The notes under the pieces are model-generated. The model saw only the letters and a list, made by a program, of their open reading frames with translations. It made no database searches and was not told the DNA's origin. This document shows positions 1-6,228 of a stretch of 8,628 nt of DNA, in pieces. Source of the DNA: Paraspadella gotoi (taxonomy: Eukaryota; Animalia; Chaetognatha); NCBI GenBank assembly GCA_051294375.1, contig JBJCIZ010000023.1, positions 1 to 8,628 of the forward strand, written 5' to 3'. The translations under genes and the position numbers were made by a program. How positions within the stretch are numbered: position 1 is the stretch's first letter; the number at the start of each line of letters is the position of its first letter.

Positions 1-209
1 TAAATTAGGGTCGCCCGAGTTTTACGAGACTATCCTTTCCGGATTTCAGATAGCCCCAACCGCAGGTTTACTAAATAAATTCTTAACCAAATTAAAAATA
101 AATAAATTTAAAACGAAATAAATAAATAAATCGAAATAAATGAATTTTAAAAACGAAAAACAGTCATAAAACTTAAAGAAAAAATGAGCGCTAAAATATT
201 TAAAGCCTT

Positions 210-562
210 CGGACTCGACGGTCCGTTACCTTAAGTCCCAAAAAACGAAAAACTGGATCGACGTCATCCCTAACCCAATTCTTTACTCCAATTAGTAAGT
301 TTTCTAGAGAATCGTTAGGGCAGACGACGATTCTTGCAAAAGAGAAGTCGCTGAGCGCGGCGGCTCATTGACTTCAAAAAAGAAAAAAATACAAGTATGA
401 ACTTTGTAATATTTCAAAACCCAAAAAAAAAAAAAGCAAAAAATTCCCCCCGCACTAAGCGTCGTTTTTTAAACCCGTAGGTAAAAATTAAAAAAGGGGA
501 AAATTAAGAAAATCAAAACAAAATTAAATAATCTTTCTAACCTTAGAGATTCTAAATTATTT
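210..562. other. Cluster of imperfect stem-loops in non-coding, strand-skewed DNA
   Basis: Inverted repeats at 210-225 (cggac/gtccg), 256-332 (atcgacgtcatccctaac/gttagggcagacgacgat with inner stems), 344-375 (gaagtc..tgagc/gctca..gacttc), 442-505 and 526-562. Confidence 0.45.
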
Positions 563-1390
563 TTACGTCGAAAATAAATTCAACAACGCTCATACAACTA
601 AATATAAATTAGCCCAGCGCAGTTCCTCAATATGAATAAATAAGTGGCGCTGATAAGAGAAAAAAGGAACTATGAAAAGCGCTACAACGAGACACTTTTT
701 AGTCTTACTTTGAAACACGGTCAGATGAAATTTCGTTGCGACCACGCAAAACCACTGACTTGGTATTTCTATAAAAATAAAAATGCACAAAAAATGAAAA
801 AATGAAATAAATAAACATAAAATGCGAGAAAGAATGGGTTTTTGCAAGCAGTCAGGGTACTTAAAAACCAAAAGGCACGCAGACTCGACTTTATCCCCTT
901 AGGACATATTTAACAATGTTTGGGCAGACCACTGGATTTTAGAAAAAACCCTTCATATGATCCCACGTCTATCAGTGTCACACCCACGTGCCATGGGCCC
1001 AACACCAATACACATGTAAGCCTGACATGGATAAATATATCAAAAGTTGATTTTAGCCCCCATCTCCCAATTTAATGGGGTTAAGGCTGTATTCTAACCC
1101 CGCCAGGATAAAACGAAAAAAACAATGATCTGAACTAATCTCCCTATCCTGGCCCCGCGGACACCCGACTGCCCGTGTTCGGTCTTCGGCGACAACGACG
1201 ACGACGAAATCACGACGACGAAGCAACGACAAAGACCCCTCTCTTTTGGGCAAATTACCTGGCCATTTCCCGCTCAAATTCGGCGCCAGTACGCCCTACG
1301 GCGTCACCTATCCGCGATGGCAAATTTTTGACTTATTACGCGGTCAGGGCTTATTAACTGCGGTCGAGAGGATGCTCGCGCAGCTACCGT

Positions 1391-1718
1391 TGTCTTGATA
1401 AGTGGATACTCTTGTCCGCGCAGATGTGAGGGACACGCTGACGGAGTTTTCCACTTTTATTGGAATAATTTGGGTCCGTGTGGAGAATAAGCTCACACAC
1501 GGTGGCACCATTTCCTGGGAAAAATGCCAGGTCGGGTCTGTACGGTACCAATTATAATCGCCTGGGTACTCTTTGTTTCACACGGAGAACATGCTCACGC
1601 GTCACCAGAGTTTTCCCATTTTTATCTCCCGCAGTGGCCAACTGGCAGGTGATCGCGATTCTGGGGATTGGGCAATAGGATATTTGGGAAAGGAACTCGT
1701 CTGTGAACGCCACCTACA
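1391..1718 (-). repeat. Candidate LTR (TGT...ACA, 328 bp); alternative end at 1176
   Basis: Starts TGTAGG right after the PPT. Contains TATAAT (1556-1551) then AATAAA (1461-1456) and ends ...CAAGACA at 1391. An alternative end ...CCGAACA lies at 1176. It is single-copy in this window, so it cannot be confirmed as a repeat here. Confidence 0.45.
1456..1461 (-). terminator. Polyadenylation signal AATAAA in candidate LTR
   Basis: Plus-strand tttatt at 1456-1461, ~500 nt downstream of the gag stop and ~90 nt downstream of the TATA-like motif. Confidence 0.4.
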
Positions 1719-1732
1719 TTCACCACCCTCTT
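1719..1732 (-). promoter_or_regulatory. Candidate polypurine tract (PPT)
   Basis: Minus strand AAGAGGGTGGTGAA (12/14 purines) directly followed by TGTAGG, ~230 nt after the gag stop. This is the expected PPT/3'-LTR junction. Confidence 0.55.
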
Positions 1733-1959
1733 AAAGAGGTCTCTAAACCCAGTGGCCGACCGTGGAGCGGGCACAGTTCATAGCATCACTTTTAGTTTAG
1801 TAAGACGAGTAGGAAATAAACTAATTGGGTTGGCGCCTCGCCATTTCGGCGCCAAAAGGTGAGGTGGAGAATAAATATTTTACCGCTGCTCTCAGGTCAA
1901 GTGCAAGGGGATTGATGACTTCGTCAACGCCTCTCTTTCCCGTGGCTCCGGACCAGCCA

Positions 1960-4503
1960 CTAAAGATGGAGGAGAGGATGGTGGAGCTCGCCGCAGAAGC
2001 ATCTTTGATTTTGTAGCACTTTTGACCCGATGACCGCTTCCCAGACAGTTGAAGCAGCAGTCAAGGGAGGCGGCAAACTGCGTCGCAACTTTGGCTTCAA
2101 AGTTTGAAATTGGTGCAGTTACGCAGTTGGTGCCGCCCATTGCATCGTGGACATGGCGGCCATCTTGATGGCGCCGGCCGGACCATCGACATAGAAGGCA
2201 GGGACGCCACTTCCGCCTCGTCTTGCGTGGCGATTTCGGTGGCGGGGACTCGGATGTAATGGAATCCACATCTTTATAAGCCCCAAAAGCATAAATATTT
2301 GCTTTTCCCTTCTTCTTTGTTGCTGATCGCGATCCCGTTTTAGCCGGCAATCTAAGAGAAAGAAACTCATGATAAATTTGTAAAAAATCAAGAAAATCTT
2401 TAAACTTTAGATCATCCTCAAGATGATTCCTTCTGAATTCTACCACCTTTTTTGTCCACTTATCTGATAAATGGGGCATCCGTTTGACGAGCAAGTCGAG
2501 CATTACCGGTGCCCGGTCCAGGTCCATCAACCTCCCAGTCTCCCGCGCGAGATCGTGAATTTGTTGCAGCGAGATTAACAGAGAGAGATGACCTTGAGCA
2601 TCATGGCGATCGAGCTTTTTCCCGGTGAGAATATGTTCGAGCATCTCGTCCGCCGTCGATCTTCTTATTCCCCATTTCTTCTTAAGCATTTGAATTGCAT
2701 CATGAAGGGCGGCGGCAGCGTCTTGTCGATTGATAAATCTTTCAACTGACCTCTTGGGAAGGCCGCCAAACCAATGGGGAAGCTCCTTCAGCTTCATAGA
2801 ATCAGTCGCAGAGTCCAACGAATTCACACAACTTTCAAAATTCTGAAGCTGTCGCTCAAAGTCGAGACGCGTCGCTTTTTCGTCCATTTTGACTTTTGGG
2901 CGCCGCTGCAGGAGCATTTGAAACGCGAGCGTTGTACTTGAATATCCAATAAATTCGACGTCGCTACAGCGGGATCGACAAGCGGTGAAAATGGATGAGT
3001 TAATTCGGCAGGCAACTCCGACGGCAACGCTACAATAGTGTCCGTCGACACGGGAACAGTTTCTGCCAAGGGTGAAGATTGAATGACTGGCGCCGACGTA
3101 ACAAACGCCGAAGTCGGTGCTCCAGTCAAAGCGACGATGGGCAGCGTCGTTTCCCGAACAACGCGCGACGTTCACTCATCGCCAGTGGCGCCGCCACCGT
3201 AGCGGCCGTCACTGACACTGGCTCGAGACGACGGCTGCGTCCACAGGTAGGCGTGGCAGCGCCAGTTTGATTTGACGCCTCCTTTCTCTCGCCTCCGACG
3301 ATGGTAAGTTCGTAGTGCGATGGATGAGCAAACGTGACCTTTGGGCAATTTAACAGTTGATGGAGAATGGCTCATTACGGGGGGAGTTTCGCTGAGCCTC
3401 GACCCAGACGCTTGTACGATCATAGTTGTTACAGGTCGTCGTCACCAAGTCTATCTCTTTATTTCCAAAAACCTTTTCTAATGCCCGATTTACATTTTCT
3501 CTTTTCCTCTCAATTCTCGCCGTTTTTTCCCTAGAAACCAGGCTGATGGTTGCCATGGAAACGCGCAATTTCTCAACGGCATCGTCCGTCGCTTCACAAA
3601 TTTTTAATTTCATATTTTCGAGAATAGAATCTATCTCCTTTTCAAATTTCGCGTTTACTCTTAAATCGTCCCTATCTTTCTCCTCTTCATCGTCGACACG
3701 ATCTTGGCGAAATAAAATGCTCGACGATGCGACGACGTCAGCCGACACCAACTGCGGCGCGATCTCCTCAAGCGTTGCCATACCAACGGAGGGAGACAGG
3801 GCCGATGAAGGCGAATCCTGGCGACGCTCCGTCGTTCCCATTCCGGGGGAGAGAAGTGACGAAGTAGAGTTGGCGACGCGATGTTCTGTAGTCGCCAAAA
3901 CGCTGTGAATCGCTGACGGCGGCCTCTCGCCACTGCAGAGGCAGCTCCTGGCCGCTGGGTCCGCGAAGAAATAATTAGGTATTTTATCGGAGTTTGATTC
4001 TCTCGATGAAAACGATTTTGACGGGAGAAACGGTTGGGCGGGACAAGTCGGCGCCGCCGGCGGCGCCGCGGTGAGCCGAGATTCCGGTTCCATGGAATGA
4101 GCTTCTTCCGCAAAATCCGGCATTGACGGCCCTTCTCCAACGATGCTTTGTTGTCCGATCGGCGGCAAATAATCATAAGATGACACTGACGTCGATCTCG
4201 AATTCGCCCGCGAATCAAGAGTCCGGCGCTCTCCAAGGAATAGGTGAGGCGACCCAACACGGCCGTCAACTCGTTTGTCGCCTCGTCGTCCCAGACCCCT
4301 CCGAAAAACGCGGCCCGGATGCGCTCAATGATGATTTTAATAGAGAGGCGTTCCGCGTTGGCGGTCGCGATATTTTCCGGTGTCGGGTCCCTCCTTGCGC
4401 GATCAAATGCAACCACGTGGGACTCGACCACGTCGTCGACGTGAAGAGAATCTAGTATTTGACGACATTCCTCAAGAGTACAGCTTTTTGGGAAATTAGC
4501 CAT
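1960..4503 (-). CDS. gag: BEL/Pao-family retrotransposon Gag (~850 aa after correcting ~9 single-base deletions); no pol
   Basis: ATG at 4503 (MANFPKS...). The reading frame steps the same way at about 4219, 3365, 3172, 2942, 2245, 2100, 2080, 2021 and 2010, joining the track ORFs 3661..4503, 3350..4186, 2824..3129 and 1892..3175 plus short untracked segments. It contains a coiled-coil-like stretch (AKFEKEIDSILENMKLKI...RENVNRALEKVF), a DUF1759-like region and three C-terminal Zn knuckles, and ends at TAG 1962-1960. 2544 nt + 9 = 2553 nt = 851 codons. The N-terminal junction positions are less certain than the C-terminal ones. Confidence 0.85.
1963..2153 (-). other. Triple zinc-knuckle nucleocapsid of BEL/Pao type
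   Basis: Read across frames: CPRCNGRHQLRNCTNFKL (from 2153), LKPKLRR, QFAASLDCCFNCLGSGHRVK, KCYK, NQRCFCGELHHPLLHL*. This gives CX2CX3HX4C, CX2CX4HX4C and a CXCX3HHxLLH end, the typical BEL/Pao arrangement. Confidence 0.9.
2370..2900 (-). other. DUF1759-like (BEL/Pao Gag capsid) region
   Basis: PKVKMDEKATRLDFERQLQNFESCVNSLDSATDSMKLKELPHWFGGLPKRSVERFINRQDAAAALHDAIQMLKKKWG...LLVKRMPHLSDKW...FKDFLDFL resembles the BEL/Pao Gag pattern F...V...D..KL..L...G....V...A...L...(Y/F/W)G...K(L/M)P...W...F..FL. Recognised by eye. Confidence 0.75.
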
Positions 4504-5310
4504 AAGTCCGGTTGAAAAGAGTCACAGTCTCAAGTTTGGAGAACGAAATTGGGGAGAAATTGACGGAACCGTCGTGCAGAGGCTGACCACAACTCTCGTT
4601 TGACGAATCCACAACTGAAAACGACAAAGTCCATGAGAGGCGCCAAGGTGGGAGATTCTCAGCACGTTGAGATCCTCAGCTGATTCAGCATTCACGACGG
4701 GGCGTTGTGTGACCGCGCTTGACTTTTCCTCCCTATCCGACGCTCACAATAGTTCAATTAATTGCCTCGTCGAAATCAAAGGAAAAACCTCTTTTATTCC
4801 GCGTAGGTGGAGATTGAGAAAAAGTCCAAGACGAATCGAATCCGGGATATTTCCAATGCGGTGCGTCACTAAGACGTCGCTCAACAATGCGAATCCCGAG
4901 GCCTCCTAATCGCGATGAAAACGGCGACAAAACTGATGCCACGAGACCTTACGCCCGTCCGACAGTGATCAAGTCGTCTTCTTGGGAACGTCGATTCATG
5001 CCAAAAAAGTTGGCCGCGAAGCGGTTTCTTCTTAGAGAGTCTTCAACGAAGCGTTTGAGGTTTACTCAAGACTTCTTATTAGAAGACTTCTAATGTATCG
5101 CAATGCCGTCAGAGTCAAAGGCGGCCGCCGCGATAAGGGGCGTTAATACAACCTTACGCTTCGTTTGAATTCTAACTTCACGCAATCTCGGCACTAAAAG
5201 TTGCAGGTCCGGTAAAATAGCGCCGAGGAACCGAAGGCGCCGGCGCTGAAGCTTGAAGGGGCGGCGACAACTGTTCTGCGCTGACCTATAGGCGCTAGCA
5301 ATCCAAATCC

Positions 5311-5373
5311 GGTGGCAATGTCGAGCCAAGGTGGCAATGCCCAGTGCCCAGGTGGTAATGCCGCGCCCAGGTG
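5311..5373. repeat. Short GC-rich tandem repeat, ~3.2 x 19-21 bp (ggtggcaatgcc...gccca)
   Basis: ggtg(g) starts at 5311, 5330, 5351 and 5370, exactly at the GC/AT boundary upstream of gag. Confidence 0.8.
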
Positions 5374-5458
5374 TTAGAAGTCTGGGCGAAAAATAAATAA
5401 TACTAAAAAACCATTGTCAAAGTACTCAACAAATAAATATAAAAACTTAACATTTTAC

Positions 5459-5955
5459 CTTGTAATTGAAGCTAAAAATAAATATAAAGCTGCTTCTTCT
5501 TTGAAACTGCATAAATTCACCAACTTTACAACTATCACAAATAATTTCTCCAAACTCTGAAAATGTGCATGAAAAAGCACTAAAAAACAATTCTTAAACT
5601 GCAATGACGACTGTGAGTTCAGTTGGCCACCGTGATTCCACAATGATGTAAAATTGAATCAGGTTGAACCCACTCGGATTGCACTAACTTACCACAAAAT
5701 AAAAGACTCGAATTCTGCAATTTCAGAGTCAAAGCAAAAATAACAAAAGATCATCGCTAATTCTTATAAATCATTGGAAACCGGTAGGGCATTAGTCTTA
5801 TATTTTCTTAACAGTTGCAATTAGTAATACCAACACCAAGTTATTATATCTTCAATTAAACTCTTTTGACTTACTTCCATTCTCATTTCTCTGGGATGAT
5901 ATGTGTTCAAATTGGCATTTCCAGTTGAATTTTGAGCCCGCTGAGATGACGACAT
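5459..5955 (-). CDS. Candidate small spliced exons (5955-5875, 5714-5693, 5556-5459); product unknown
   Basis: ATG 5955 MSSSQRAQNSTGNANLNTYHPREMRME|GTAAGT; TTGCAG|22-nt exon|GTAAGT; TTTTCAG|...CAAG|GTAAAA. The joined frame stays open: ...NSSLLFCEFGEIICDSCKVGEF...FNYK. Splice-like motifs can arise by chance in AT-rich DNA. Confidence 0.35.
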
Positions 5956-6097
5956 GAGAGCTTTCGCGATTGTATTAAATACTATGAGTTAGTCAATCTT
6001 AGGTTGTTCACGGTGTTGTTCCCGACAATTAACCTGTAAATTTTGTTATTACAACGAAAAACGTTTGACTTAATTATGACGAGGTTTTATAGAAACC

Positions 6098-6224
6098 ATC
6101 AAAGAGGTTTTTCTGTTTAAAGGCGTATCAAAGAAGTTTTTTCTGATCTTCGAAATTTATAAAGTATCAAAGAAGTTTTTCTGTTCTACAAATTTATAAA
6201 GTATCAAAGAAGTTTTTCTGTTCC
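6098..6224. repeat. AT-rich minisatellite, 4 copies of core (gt)atcaaagaagtttttctg
   Basis: Cores at 6098, 6125, 6164 and 6201. The last two periods are 39 and 37 bp with similar linkers (aaatttataaa). Confidence 0.9.
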
Positions 6225-6228
6225 TTGG

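Larger units (their letters stand above)
1391..5381 (-). mobile_element. BEL/Pao-derived gag-only (non-autonomous) LTR element or remnant; boundaries uncertain
   Basis: GC-richer block containing a leader, gag, ~240 nt 3' UTR, PPT and an LTR-like segment. Composition shifts abruptly to AT-rich at ~5388. No 5' LTR copy or target-site duplication was found. Confidence 0.6.

Noticed and set aside
344-390. Rho-independent terminator
   Set aside because: The hairpin and flanking A tracts are present, but there is no prokaryotic gene context. Kept only as part of the hairpin cluster.
590-871. 93-aa hydrophobic ORF
   Set aside because: TTG start and Phe/Ile/Leu richness are explained by the T-rich strand skew.
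1590-1665. SPASWPLREI on the minus strand as a remnant of the BEL integrase C-terminus (WPLGRI)
   Set aside because: The match is only about three residues, the following PGxDG.VR motif is absent, and it lies inside the candidate LTR.
1892-2240. CLLC...H motif and the PPSSPPSL tail of the 427-aa ORF
   Set aside because: Out-of-frame translation. The canonical knuckles lie in neighbouring frames and the stop is at 1960.
2940-3175. N-terminus of the 427-aa ORF (MNVARCSGND...) as a real protein start
   Set aside because: It starts at GTG and is best explained as off-frame. The Thr/Pro/Ala-rich frame 2824..3129 fits the Gag linker until ~2942.
3079-4455. Plus-strand ORFs antisense to gag (3079..3270, 3426..3908, 4123..4455, 4244..4444)
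   Set aside because: Antisense shadows of coding sequence with non-ATG starts and no recognisable motifs.
4655-4682. Hammerhead-ribozyme-like CUGAGGA plus stem on the minus strand
   Set aside because: The required GAAA core and stem I/III pairing are absent.
6098-6224. CRISPR-like repeat/spacer pattern
   Set aside because: The linkers are short and similar to each other, there are no cas genes, and the context is eukaryotic. It is a tandem repeat.
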